Origin: Myxococcota bacterium
GTDB lineage: Bacteria; Myxococcota_A; SURF-8
Direction: 5' to 3'
Assembly (NCBI GenBank): GCA_965140415.1
Contig: OZ223209.1
Span: 800,001 to 864,000, forward strand
DNA: 64,000 nucleotides
The notes under the pieces are model-generated. The model was not told the origin of the DNA and searched no databases. It was given only the letters and a program-made list of their open reading frames with translations. The position numbers and the translations under genes were made by a program. Below, piece after piece: positions 38,062 through 48,500 of this stretch; position 1 is the first letter of the stretch, and each line of letters begins with the position of its first letter.

Positions 38062-40065
38062 TTACAGATCGTCCGGTTCGCTTTTCAAAAATTCGTCCAA
38101 CTCCCGTACTGCGGTTTCGAAATCCACATCATCTTCATCAAGAGTAAATTCCGGGCTCGCAGGTTCGGTATCGATTGCAAGCATTTTCTTGGCCTCTTCC
38201 AATAAGGCCAAGGCTTCCGTTGCTTTCGAATCGCTGATTTTGCTAGACGCCTTTTTCTTCTTCTTGCGCTTTCCGTTGGATGGATCCTCGGATTGCGCTT
38301 CCTGCTCGCTTCGATCTTCAGTATCGGGAGCCTCAGCAGGTTCCGCATCCAGCCCAAAGGTTTCCTTGGGAACGTCGCTTGCGTCTGCAAGCGCGGCGGT
38401 TTGAATGACACCGGATTTGGAATTGTCGTACAAATCCTCTAAATCCAGGCTCCAGTCATCTTCCCCCAAGCCGTCTTCAGATGCGTCTGCCGCTTTGTCC
38501 GGTGAGAGTTGTTCGTCTTCGCTTTCAGCGCCATCCACGGAGAAGTCGTCCAGATCGGAGGACTCTTGCGATGTTTCCTTGTCTTTCGAGGAACCGAGTG
38601 CAGGTAAGGACGAATAAGAACCGCTGGGGGAATCCTCGAACTCGGGAGCTTCGGGAATGTCGAAGTCGAAGTCGTCCAGATCATCATCGGAATCATCCAA
38701 CTCGTTTTCCGATTTGGAAGAGGATTGATCCGCCTCAATCGGTCCGGATTCTTTCTGGACGCCGAATTCGAAACTTTCATCGTCCCAGTCGAGGTCTTTG
38801 TCTTTTCCATCCGGTTTGGCAGCGGAGGATGCTGCGCCTGGTTCTTCTATGTCGAAATCATCAAACGGGTCATCATCCAGGCTGAAGTGTTCGCCGTCGC
38901 TCTTTTCTTCCGATTCTTCTTCGATGTCGCTGAAGTCCAGATCGTTATCCATGCCAAAGGCGTGTTCCTGCCGCGTTTTGGTGGCTTCTTCCTGACGCTT
39001 GAGAATCTCATCGTCTTCATTGGCGAAATTCACCATGTTCAGGGAAAGGAAATCGCTGCTTTCTCCACTATCCGCTTCCGGCTTGTCATCCAATTCGATA
39101 AACGAATCGCTTTCCGCAGCGGAATCTTCCGTTTGCTCTTGCGGGCTGGGAGACTCCAGCTCGCCCATGTCAAGATCCAGATCCAGATCAATGCTGACAT
39201 CATCGAGTTCAATGCCACCTTCGGTTTCGATTTCCGGGGCGGCCTGAGTGCCTGTTTCGGTTACTGCGGCTACCGGCTCGATACCCAAGTCATCCGAATC
39301 CGCGATTTCCGAATCCTCAATCAAGTCAATGCCGGCGAAATCATCGTCCGCTTGTTTCGATTGCTCTTGCCCGGCTTCTTCTTCAACGTCGATTTCCACC
39401 GGCTCGGCTTCAAGAATCTCCGCCTGTTCGGGTTCTCCCTGCTCATCAGGAATTGGGGGAAGGGCGTCTGCTTGAATTTCAGGCAGTTTCTCGGGAGCAT
39501 CTTCGCTGGTGGAAGAAACCTCTCCCCAGGGATCCGGACTTGATGGAGCCGCTGTTTGTGTTGCTTCCGGATCGCGGTTGAAAGAAGGCCGTGTGCGTTT
39601 TCGTTTACCCGAAGGCCCTTTGACGGGTCTCAGGTAACGGTCAATGGCCATTTGTATTTGAGATGCCGTGGAAACCACGACCTTAACGGGCTTATGGGTG
39701 ATTTCCTCTATTTTTGCAAGAGTCTCTGCGGTGGTAGGATCGAAGAATGCGACATAAAGGACTTCTTCGTTGCCCTCGTTTTTCGTGGAAACCGGAATCA
39801 CCTGTAATTTTAGCGCCATTTCCCTGGGAATCAGCTTGGCGACGTAACCGGGTATGCGAAGTTGGTTGAGCATGACGAACGGAACGCCGAGTTGGGTGCT
39901 CAACGCCTGTGCCATTTCCTGTTCCGAAAACAGCTCGTCTTCCAGCATCAACTGAACGCAGGGGCGTTTTGTCGTACGCTCGCGAGCATTATAGCCCTCA
40001 AGTTGAACGTCATCTATAACGCCAGCCTCAACTAGAATTTTCCCCAGGCTAGAACCTGCTACCAT
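38062..40065 (-). CDS. Stand-alone MshEN (T2SSE N-terminal) domain protein with a long acidic tail
   Basis: LGKILVEAGVID...ALSTQLGVPFV...LIPREMA...VIPV...LYVAFFDP...AIDRY; no ATPase domain; Asp/Glu-rich remainder. Confidence 0.8.
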   Translation of the reverse strand: MVAGSSLGKILVEAGVIDDVQLEGYNARERTTKRPCVQLMLEDELFSEQEMAQALSTQLGVPFVMLNQLRIPGYVAKLIPREMALKLQVIPVSTKNEGNEEVLYVAFFDPTTAETLAKIEEITHKPVKVVVSTASQIQMAIDRYLRPVKGPSGKRKRTRPSFNRDPEATQTAAPSSPDPWGEVSSTSEDAPEKLPEIQADALPPIPDEQGEPEQAEILEAEPVEIDVEEEAGQEQSKQADDDFAGIDLIEDSEIADSDDLGIEPVAAVTETGTQAAPEIETEGGIELDDVSIDLDLDLDMGELESPSPQEQTEDSAAESDSFIELDDKPEADSGESSDFLSLNMVNFANEDDEILKRQEEATKTRQEHAFGMDNDLDFSDIEEESEEKSDGEHFSLDDDPFDDFDIEEPGAASSAAKPDGKDKDLDWDDESFEFGVQKESGPIEADQSSSKSENELDDSDDDLDDFDFDIPEAPEFEDSPSGSYSSLPALGSSKDKETSQESSDLDDFSVDGAESEDEQLSPDKAADASEDGLGEDDWSLDLEDLYDNSKSGVIQTAALADASDVPKETFGLDAEPAEAPDTEDRSEQEAQSEDPSNGKRKKKKKASSKISDSKATEALALLEEAKKMLAIDTEPASPEFTLDEDDVDFETAVRELDEFLKSEPDDL

Positions 40066-40248
40066 CTGCAACCTCTTTTACTTTCTCACTATTTCCGATT
40101 ATACATATCATTTGTCCGGGACACAACAAATTTCCTCGTCTTGCAACGTCTCGAAAATAACAAGGGAAAACGCGTTTTAGCCTTTGCATAACCTATTAGA
40201 ATTGTTGTAATATGACTTTGAATCAGGCTTCATCTACAGAAAGGGACG

Positions 40249-40782
40249 ATGCCAGTGAAACGGCAATGCGAGGCAAATCACCAACAAATTCTTCTGCTTG
40301 CTTTCTTGATGGCCCTCCTTTTCGGCTGTGCAAGTTCCAGCTATCGCGAGGGAATATTTGAAGATTCCTTTAACCGCTACCGAGTGCAGGCGCCCTCATC
40401 GGGGTGGAAGCAAGTCAAGGTAAAGCAGGCAAATCTCTCATTTTTCAATACCAGGGCAAACGCGGCGATCATGGTCAATTCGACCTGCGATACCTATCGC
40501 GACGCGCCACTTCGTGCGATGGCCAATCATATGTTCATTGGAATCGAAAACAAGACCTACCTGCTTCAGGAATCCCACAAGGTCGATGGCCGCGAGGCGG
40601 TTTACTCCGTGGTAAAGGGCATGCTGGACGGCGCGCCGATCAAGATTGCGGCGATCACAATCGCAAAAAATTATTGCACGTACGACCTGACCTATTCCGC
40701 GCCGCCGGAAACATTTGAAGATGGTTTAGCGGATTTCGAGCGACTGGTGGACAGCTTTTCTGTTCTGGAACGGAAGCGTTAA
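40249..40782 (+). CDS. Lipoprotein at the head of the mla operon
   Basis: Lipobox LFGC; ends 2 bp before mlaE. Confidence 0.75.
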   Translation: MPVKRQCEANHQQILLLAFLMALLFGCASSSYREGIFEDSFNRYRVQAPSSGWKQVKVKQANLSFFNTRANAAIMVNSTCDTYRDAPLRAMANHMFIGIENKTYLLQESHKVDGREAVYSVVKGMLDGAPIKIAAITIAKNYCTYDLTYSAPPETFEDGLADFERLVDSFSVLERKR

Positions 40783-40784
40783 GC

Positions 40785-41564
40785 ATGGCCGATTCGGAGA
40801 CTTTTCACAAAACAGTCAGTCTTGAATGGCTGCTCACATTATTGGGTGATCTGGGCATCCTGCTTGCGCAGGTGATCCACCGTATCTTTACCGGTGTACC
40901 CGAAGTGCGCGAAACGGCATATCAAATCCGCTTACTGGGTATCAAGTCCCTTGGAATTGCGGTGCTGACTGCCGTGTTCGCCGGTATGGTGCTGACTTTG
41001 CAATTCGGGACCAGCATGGCGCGTTTCGGTGCGCAGGAGATGGTCGGACAGGTTGTGGCCATCGCCATTTTGCGAGAGCTGGGTCCGGTCTTGACGGCCC
41101 TGATGGTCGGTGGGCGCATCGGTGCGGGAATGACTGCCGAACTCGGATCGATGAAAGTCACCGAGCAGATCGATGCTTTGCGCGTATTGGGTGCGGACCC
41201 GATCGCCAAGTTGATCGTCCCGCGTGTGTTGGCTTCGACGCTGATTATGCCGATTCTTACCGCCATTGCCGATATCGTTGGCGTATTGGGCGGGTTGATC
41301 ATCTCCAGCCTGGAATTCGGGATTTCCAGTAACTATTATTACTCCTCGATCATCGAAATTACGGAAATCAACGACTTTATGTCCGGTATCGGCAAGGCAG
41401 CGGTTTTCGGTTTCTGTATCGGGCTGATTGCTTGCCGCCAGGGATTCCAGACAAGTGGTGGTACGGAAGGTGTCGGTCAGTCGACGACTTCCACCGTGGT
41501 GATTGCTTCGGTAACGGTTCTGGTCGCCGATCTATTGTTGACCAAACTATTCATGGTACTGTAG
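40785..41564 (+). CDS. mlaE: MlaE-family permease
   Basis: RELGPVLTALMVGGRIGAGMTAELGSMKVTEQIDAL, GGTEGVG.STT..VV. Confidence 0.93.
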   Translation: MADSETFHKTVSLEWLLTLLGDLGILLAQVIHRIFTGVPEVRETAYQIRLLGIKSLGIAVLTAVFAGMVLTLQFGTSMARFGAQEMVGQVVAIAILRELGPVLTALMVGGRIGAGMTAELGSMKVTEQIDALRVLGADPIAKLIVPRVLASTLIMPILTAIADIVGVLGGLIISSLEFGISSNYYYSSIIEITEINDFMSGIGKAAVFGFCIGLIACRQGFQTSGGTEGVGQSTTSTVVIASVTVLVADLLLTKLFMVL

Positions 41565-41571
41565 GGAGCAG

Positions 41572-42339
41572 ATGGACGAACAGCGAGAAATCGTCATTTC
41601 CATTCACGATGTTCATAAGGCCTTTGGCAGTAACGTCGTTTTCGCCGGGTTGGATCTGGAGATCTACAAAGGTGAAACCATTACGATAATGGGTGGATCG
41701 GGAACGGGTAAAAGCGTTTCGCTGAAATTCATGGTCGGTTTGTTGACCGCCGATTCGGGCGATGTGCAGGTGCTGGGGCAGTCCACAAAGGGCCTGAAAG
41801 AAACGGAATGGCTCCCGATCCGTCGCAGGGTATCGATGTTGTTTCAATCCGGTGCCTTGTTCGATTCGCTTAACGTGCGGGAGAATATCGCCTATCCTTT
41901 GCGGATTCACTTTCCGGAACTGACACAAAAAGAGGTCGATATCAAGGTCGCGGAAAAACTGGAATTGGTCGGTTTGCCGGGTATCGAGCAGATGAAGCCC
42001 GCCGATCTTTCCGGCGGTATGCGAAAGCGCGTCGGTCTGGCGCGGGCCATTGCCACCGATCCGGAGGTGATTCTCTGGGATGAGCCGACTACCGGTCTCG
42101 ATCCGATAAATACCAGTCGTATCAACCTGTTGATCAGCCGTATGCAGCAGGTTCTCAAATGTACCAGCGTCGTCGTCACCCATGACATGGGCACCGCGTT
42201 TTCGGTCAGCGATCGAATCGCGTTTCTGCATGACAAGCGCATCGTTTTAACCGATACGGTAGAGCGGGTGAAAAACTCCGAGATTCCGGAAGTACGCAAT
42301 TTCATTACCGGCAAATTCGAAGGGCTTCTGGAAGAATAG
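41572..42339 (+). CDS. mlaF: MlaF-family ABC ATPase
   Basis: GGSGTGKS, FQSGALFDSL, LSGGMRKR, DEPTTGLDP, VTHD. Confidence 0.93.
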   Translation: MDEQREIVISIHDVHKAFGSNVVFAGLDLEIYKGETITIMGGSGTGKSVSLKFMVGLLTADSGDVQVLGQSTKGLKETEWLPIRRRVSMLFQSGALFDSLNVRENIAYPLRIHFPELTQKEVDIKVAEKLELVGLPGIEQMKPADLSGGMRKRVGLARAIATDPEVILWDEPTTGLDPINTSRINLLISRMQQVLKCTSVVVTHDMGTAFSVSDRIAFLHDKRIVLTDTVERVKNSEIPEVRNFITGKFEGLLEE

Positions 42340-42355
42340 GGAACGGGGAAAATAG

Positions 42356-43504
42356 ATGGAAAGCAAAGGCTTGACCACGAAAGTGGGATTATTCGTCGCA
42401 GTTGGTATCTTACTGATTTTCGGTGTGGTTTTCATGCTTGGGCAGGAACGCAGCCTGTTTGAGCCGACCGCCAGACTGTACATTGCCTTCAGCGACGTCG
42501 GCGGCTTGAAACCCGGTGCGCAGGTGCGGCTGGCGGGCGTCAATATCGGCACGGTCGGCAGCATCGAATTCTCCCCGATTCTGGATGACAAGAAACTGCA
42601 TGTGGAAATCCACGTGCGAACCAAAATGTTGGAGCGTATTCGCAAGGATTCGGTTGCAACCATCGGCACGAAAGGTCTGTTGGGAGATAAAGTCATTGAA
42701 ATCACGATTGGAAATCAGAGTTCCGATCCGATCAACGAAGGATCTTTCCTGGCGTCTCAGGAGCCGCCCGATCTCTTCCAGATTCTGGAAAAAGGGCAGG
42801 CCTTGATTTCAAACGGTGCGGATGTCGCCTATGGGCTGAAAAACGTCATCAACAAGTTGACCGATGAAGAAAACGTCCAGAATGTCAAAGGAATCGTGTC
42901 TTCGGTCAACAATGTGCTCAATGAAATCGAAACTGGCGACGGCGTCGTTCATGGATTGATCTACGACCGCAAGGTGCAGCAGGATTTGAAAGGCACCATG
43001 TCCAATATCCGGCTGGCCAGCGCCGGACTCAACCGCAGCATCGCGCATGTGGAAAAGGTTGTCGAGGAAATCCGTACCGGCAAGGGCACCATTCATGGAT
43101 TGATTTACGATGAAGACGGCAAGCAGATCGTCGAAAATCTGCGGCGTGCCACCGCAACCATTGCCGAGGTGGTGGATGCAATCAAAACCCAGAAAGGTAT
43201 GCTGCATACTCTTATTTACGAAGAGGACAAGGGCAACATCATTCGTAACCTGAACGAGGCCACCGACGATCTACGCAAACTGACCCAGTATATCCAATCC
43301 GGTCAGGGGACCGTCGGAATGCTGATCAAAGATCCTACCTTATTCGAAGACTTGAAGATGATTTTAAGCGATTTAAAGCGTAACAAGGCACTAAAAACCT
43401 TGATTCGCATGTCATTGGAATCGGAAGAGCGCGAAAAACTGGACGAAGCCAAAATCTCGCCGCCTCCGCAACCGCCCGAGGAAGTTGAACCCGCCAGTGA
43501 GTGA
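42356..43504 (+). CDS. mlaD: MlaD/MCE protein with a long helical extension
   Basis: KVGLFV TM segment, GGLKPGAQVRLAGVNIG.V, GLLGDK, repeated G.G..H.LIYD helical units. Confidence 0.9.
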   Translation: MESKGLTTKVGLFVAVGILLIFGVVFMLGQERSLFEPTARLYIAFSDVGGLKPGAQVRLAGVNIGTVGSIEFSPILDDKKLHVEIHVRTKMLERIRKDSVATIGTKGLLGDKVIEITIGNQSSDPINEGSFLASQEPPDLFQILEKGQALISNGADVAYGLKNVINKLTDEENVQNVKGIVSSVNNVLNEIETGDGVVHGLIYDRKVQQDLKGTMSNIRLASAGLNRSIAHVEKVVEEIRTGKGTIHGLIYDEDGKQIVENLRRATATIAEVVDAIKTQKGMLHTLIYEEDKGNIIRNLNEATDDLRKLTQYIQSGQGTVGMLIKDPTLFEDLKMILSDLKRNKALKTLIRMSLESEEREKLDEAKISPPPQPPEEVEPASE

Positions 43505-44426
43505 TTATCTGACCATCGTTTCCAAAAGCCTGGTCACGTCGTTGCGTGGCTGGTTGCTGGTTCTGGCCTTATTGGGTGTGCGTATGGCCATCGCCATCGC
43601 CGGAGCCTTGCCCTTTGTGCTGGGTATCGTCCTATTGGTGCGCTTGTTCCTTGCGGCTCCGATTGGCAGTGACGGCTATGCCGATCTGGATGTCCTATGG
43701 CGGCACTGGGTTCAAAATCCCTGGTTTATTACAGGGATAGCCGGAAGTATCGCTACGGTCTGGAGCATCCAATTTCTATTGGCAACCCTGCTGGATGCCG
43801 GAGTGGTGGGGGAACTGGCCAGGGCGGTGCGTGAAAAGCGCGAAGTGACGGTAAGTGGATTCATCAGTAGTTCCATGCATTTCTTCAGTCGTATGGTGCT
43901 GTTGCGCATGTTGTATGGTCTGGCAATGGTGGTGATAAGCGGGCTGCTGGCTATCGTCTTACTTCTCGGCCTTTTCGCATTGGGCCTGCAAGACGTCCAC
44001 CAGCTTTCCGATCTGGCGAATGCCGGTATGCTGCTGTGGACGCTGATGATTCTTTCGTTTGGCTCGGTTGTATATGTATTGTTGATTTTACTGGCAACCG
44101 GTATTGCGGCGGCAATGACGATGGACGACCTTCCGTTTGCCGACGCCTTCGCGTGTGGCTTTCGTCACGTTCGCGACCATGCGGATAAGATGCTGGTATT
44201 ATTCAGCTTTAGCTTTGTTCTCGTCGTATGGGTCGGGCTGTTGTCGTTGGCTGGAAACATTTGGTGGCTGCAACTGAGCGCCTTGGAGCAGAGCGCCTCG
44301 TGGGGAGCCACCGCCGCCAATGCCTGGGAATTGACCTTCGCGGTGTTGGGAGAATTCCTGTTGCTGTTCATCGTGACCAGTCAATTACAGATCTATGAAA
44401 AATGCCGGAGTTCGTCTTCGGAATGA
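43497..44426 (+). CDS. Multi-pass membrane protein of unknown function
   Basis: About six hydrophobic segments; overlaps the mlaD stop. Confidence 0.7.
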   Translation: MSDYLTIVSKSLVTSLRGWLLVLALLGVRMAIAIAGALPFVLGIVLLVRLFLAAPIGSDGYADLDVLWRHWVQNPWFITGIAGSIATVWSIQFLLATLLDAGVVGELARAVREKREVTVSGFISSSMHFFSRMVLLRMLYGLAMVVISGLLAIVLLLGLFALGLQDVHQLSDLANAGMLLWTLMILSFGSVVYVLLILLATGIAAAMTMDDLPFADAFACGFRHVRDHADKMLVLFSFSFVLVVWVGLLSLAGNIWWLQLSALEQSASWGATAANAWELTFAVLGEFLLLFIVTSQLQIYEKCRSSSSE

Positions 44427-44536
44427 CAGCTTCGCTTTTAGTCGCTTGATTTTTTGAATATTTTTCGAGATACTGGATCGAAATAGAGTGGAAGCCTAAC
44501 GTGGATGATTCACGCCGGATGGCGATGGAGAGAGTG

Positions 44537-45340
44537 ATGCACAGAATCCATCGGTCTTTTGTCTTATCGGTTTTGTTTCTGCTGGTTCCGTTGAACCTGC
44601 TGTGGGCACAGCAAGCGGAACCGTCGAAAAACACCAAGCAGATCAAGCGCATCCCGCGCGTGCTGCTGCTGATCGTCGAGCAGAATGTGGGAGAGGCCAG
44701 CAGTTCCTGGTGGACGGCGCCGCCAAGTGATAAAAGTGATAAAGGGGAGAATCCGCAGCAGAACCAACAGGTTCCGCCAGGAGCGTCCCCTAATCAGCCC
44801 ATGCCGCCGGGAGCCATGCCACAACCGAATGGCACCGGCGATCCGAACCAGCCGCCGCCCGGTTTTCCTCCGCCTGCGCCGACCGGCGGATTGATCACCA
44901 CCAGTTTGGGATTGGTGGAAAATCATTTTGCCGATGCCTTTCTTCACACCGGCTTCGAGGTCATCGACCACCAGGTATTATCCGGGAAAATCACCATCGA
45001 TGCACCCCTGCGCATTCCCTCGCCAAACAACCAGCAGGCCGCCCAGATCGGCGAACTGTTCGATGCCGACTTCGTACTGATCGGAAAAGCCGTTGCAACG
45101 ACCACCGGCAATATCGCCGACGTGCAGATCGTTTCGGCCCATGCGACCACGTCGGTGCGCGTGGTGGCGGTAAAAACGGCGGAGATCATCGCCTCCGGTT
45201 CCGAGGATGGCACCGGCGTGCATTCCAACAATCAGGTGGCCGGATCGAAAGCGCTGAAAGCTTCTGCTGAAAAGCTGGCGGACAAACTGATCAAGGCCAT
45301 AAACAGCCGTCCGGGAATCAAGGCATTTGTTTTCGATTAA
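44537..45340 (+). CDS. Secreted hypothetical protein with a Pro/Gln insert; alpha/beta domain reminiscent of the FlgT-middle/CsgG fold
   Basis: Signal peptide ending LWA, PRVLLLIVEQN, GFEVID, ADFVLIGKA, VKTAEIIAS. Confidence 0.6.
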   Translation: MHRIHRSFVLSVLFLLVPLNLLWAQQAEPSKNTKQIKRIPRVLLLIVEQNVGEASSSWWTAPPSDKSDKGENPQQNQQVPPGASPNQPMPPGAMPQPNGTGDPNQPPPGFPPPAPTGGLITTSLGLVENHFADAFLHTGFEVIDHQVLSGKITIDAPLRIPSPNNQQAAQIGELFDADFVLIGKAVATTTGNIADVQIVSAHATTSVRVVAVKTAEIIASGSEDGTGVHSNNQVAGSKALKASAEKLADKLIKAINSRPGIKAFVFD

Positions 45341-45599
45341 GCGTTGGATTAATTTGCATTTTACATCGCCTACAATGTAAGATGATTTGAGTGTCTACGT
45401 TCTTACTCGCCACGTTTTGACCAAGCCGATTTGGAGTGAGAAGTAGTATTTAGTGACCTGGCGAAAACACGAAGATACCGAAATCTACACGATTCAACTG
45501 ATTGTTTAATTCAGCCAGGGTCGAATATTCGATAGACGAAGCCTGTGGCCGAGGTGCCATCGGCGTGATCCGTTGTGGATACCAAGTAAGGAGAGGTTG

Positions 45600-48500
45600 A
45601 TGCATTACCTAACCCCGAAACGAGCGTTGATGTTGACCATCGCCATAAGCCTGTTGGCTTTTAAAATGATTTCCTGCGATGGCGGTCTGGACTTGGGTTG
45701 TGGCGGCGAGGGCGACGAAGAAGGCCCTATGCGTATGTTGGAATGGGGTGAGTATCCCATCGAGGAGAAAGTGAACAACCTGGGGCAGGTTCGCTTGACC
45801 AACAATGCCTTTTCGTTTCTGGAACAGAATGCAGCAAGCATCATCGCCGCTGCGTTGGGTGGCGAGTTGGCCTTCGATATCCCGGAAGGTGAACTTTACG
45901 ACCTGTGGCTGATCGATTGCTCCTATTGCCCCGGTGACTGTCACCTGCAACTGGAAATCGCGTCGATCAATGTCACGCCGGTCGAGCCGGATCGGCTGGA
46001 AGTCAAAGTCCGTTTAACGGCTCCGGCTCCCGCGCGTCGCATCGTGATTCCCACGGGCGGCATCGGTTGTCTCGGCTGCAATGCATACATCAGCTTCCTG
46101 GATGACTTCGGCAACCACAATCCGTTGGAAATCACCGTGCCGATCTCCTTCCAGATCGACGGTGCCAGCCGCATGCTGAATCTGGTGATCGGAGATCCGC
46201 AGTTCGATCTGGACTCGATCGATTTCGGTGTGGAAAACTGGTTGGTATGCGATATCGCCAGTTCGTTGATCGATCTGCTCAAGGGGATCATCGCTCCGTT
46301 TATCGCCGATCCGATTTCCAATGCCGTCACCGAGTTGGTGGAAGGTTTCAAATGTGTCAAGTGTGATGAAGACAACAACAACTACTGCCCCGATCCCTTC
46401 GGCCAGGGCTTTAGCTGCGATACGGACACCACCATCTGCCGTCGTCCGGATGGCTTCTGCCTGTTGCAGCCGCTGGGTATCGAAATGGAAGTGGATATCG
46501 GCTCTTTCCTGGCCGACTTCATGCCGGGTGTGGAATCGAAGATCTGGCTCTCGCTGATGGCCGGTGGCCGGGCGGAAGTCAAACAGGGTGGTGTCGAAAT
46601 CGGCATGATGGGTGGTACCATGGTCCCGCCGGGTTCCGCCGATCCCTGCACCGACGAAGTCAACCTGCGTATCGACGCCCTGCCGCCGATCGAGGTTTCC
46701 AATGTCAACGAGCATCTCAATCCGCCTGCACCGTATCATTTGAGCCTTGCGATTCACGAAGTGCTGCTGGATCAGGCGGGATACACGATTCAGAATTCGG
46801 GCTTGCTCTGCCTGACTCTGGATGAATCCATTCCCGATGTCGGCGGCTTTATCGGACTGGCCAACTTCGCTCTGATCATGCCGTCCATCAAGAAACTGAC
46901 TCATGGCGCCAACGTCGCCACGGCGATCAAGCTCGAACCGGGCGATCCGATCGACTTCGCCATTATCGATGGTCCTACAGCCTTCCCCGATGTCGAAGGC
47001 GTGCCTTCCGGCGTGGATGTGGCGTTACAGGTACGCATTCGCGATCTGAAATTGAATGCATACGGCCTGATCGACGAACGTTTCATGCGTGTCTTCCAGC
47101 TTATGCTGGATGCCGACGTGACGCTGGGTATCGACAACCAGGAAGCGGCCATCCAGATCGTGTTCGGTTTGGACAACCTGGTACTGAAGAACATGCGCAT
47201 TCCGTATTCGGTGTTGGGTGAAGATCCGATCGAAATGCCGGACTTGATTGAAGGCTTGATTGACGGCGTGTTGACTGGTCTGGGTCTTGAAATCGATATC
47301 GAACCGTTCGAGATTCCGGGCTTCGACATCAATAGCGACGACGTCAACGATCTGTACATCGACATTCAGTCCATCGTGGGTGAAGTGCCGACCAGCACGC
47401 CGTCTGAATTCGCTGCGTTGAACGTCTACGCGGAATTGATCAGCGCCAATCGCGATGGCGAACGACCTGCACCCGAGTATGTGGCCGAAACGGAGGCGTC
47501 CATCCGTACCAGCTTCCTGCCGACTCCATTCGAATTCACGGAGAAGGGCCTGCGTCCGCGTGTCGAACTGGATCTGTCCGGTATCGATGCCGACGGCGGC
47601 AGCAGCCATTTGGAATATCAGTTGGCGCTGGATCAGAAACGTTGGACTCCGTATTACGCCACTGACAATCCGGTGATCAGTGTGCCGCGCTTGTACTTGC
47701 AGGGCAAGCACACCATTTATGTACGTGCCCGCGATGCCCGTTTCAAGCGTTCCGGCGATCCCACTCCGGTGGCGTTGAACTTCATCACCGACTTTACGGC
47801 TCCGAACCTCAGAATGATGCAGACCGGCAGCCAGCTTCGCTTTGTCGGTTCCGATAACGTATCGGGCACCAAGGATCTGAGCTATCGCTATCGTATCAAT
47901 GACGGCGCTTGGAGTGATTGGAGCATGGACAACCAACTGAATCTGGCGAACATCAGGAAATTCCCGGTGGAAGTAACTGCGCAGGTACGCGACGAAGTCG
48001 GCCTGTCTCAAACGGAGAGCCGCATTTACAAGAGCGCCGGTGTTAGCAAGAAGGCCGAGCGCGTAACGGCTCTGCCGGGAACCGGAACGAATGCCAGCGA
48101 TGGCGCGGGCTGCTCCAGCAGCAGCCAGTCCGGTTGGCTGCTGCCGTTGTTGCTGCTGCCGCTGGCCTTGTTGCGTCGCCGCACCAATTGGCGCGGAACG
48201 GTTGCACTGCTTGGCGTCGTTGGAATTCTATCGCTTAGTGCGCTGGGATGTAGCGATTCCGCTTCCGGCGAATGTCTCAAGAACTCCGATTGTCCCATCG
48301 GTCAGCAGTGCGTGAACGAACAGTGCGTACCGGCGGATGATATTACCGATGGCGATATCGAAGCGCCGGTTGGCGATGTCCCCGATCCGGATGGCGACGA
48401 GGAAAGCTCGATCTACTGCAACCTGGACGAAGGTATCGATTGTCCGAAGTGCTACTATTGTTCTCGTCGCAGCAATGTCTGTGTTTTGCAGCTTTGCGAC

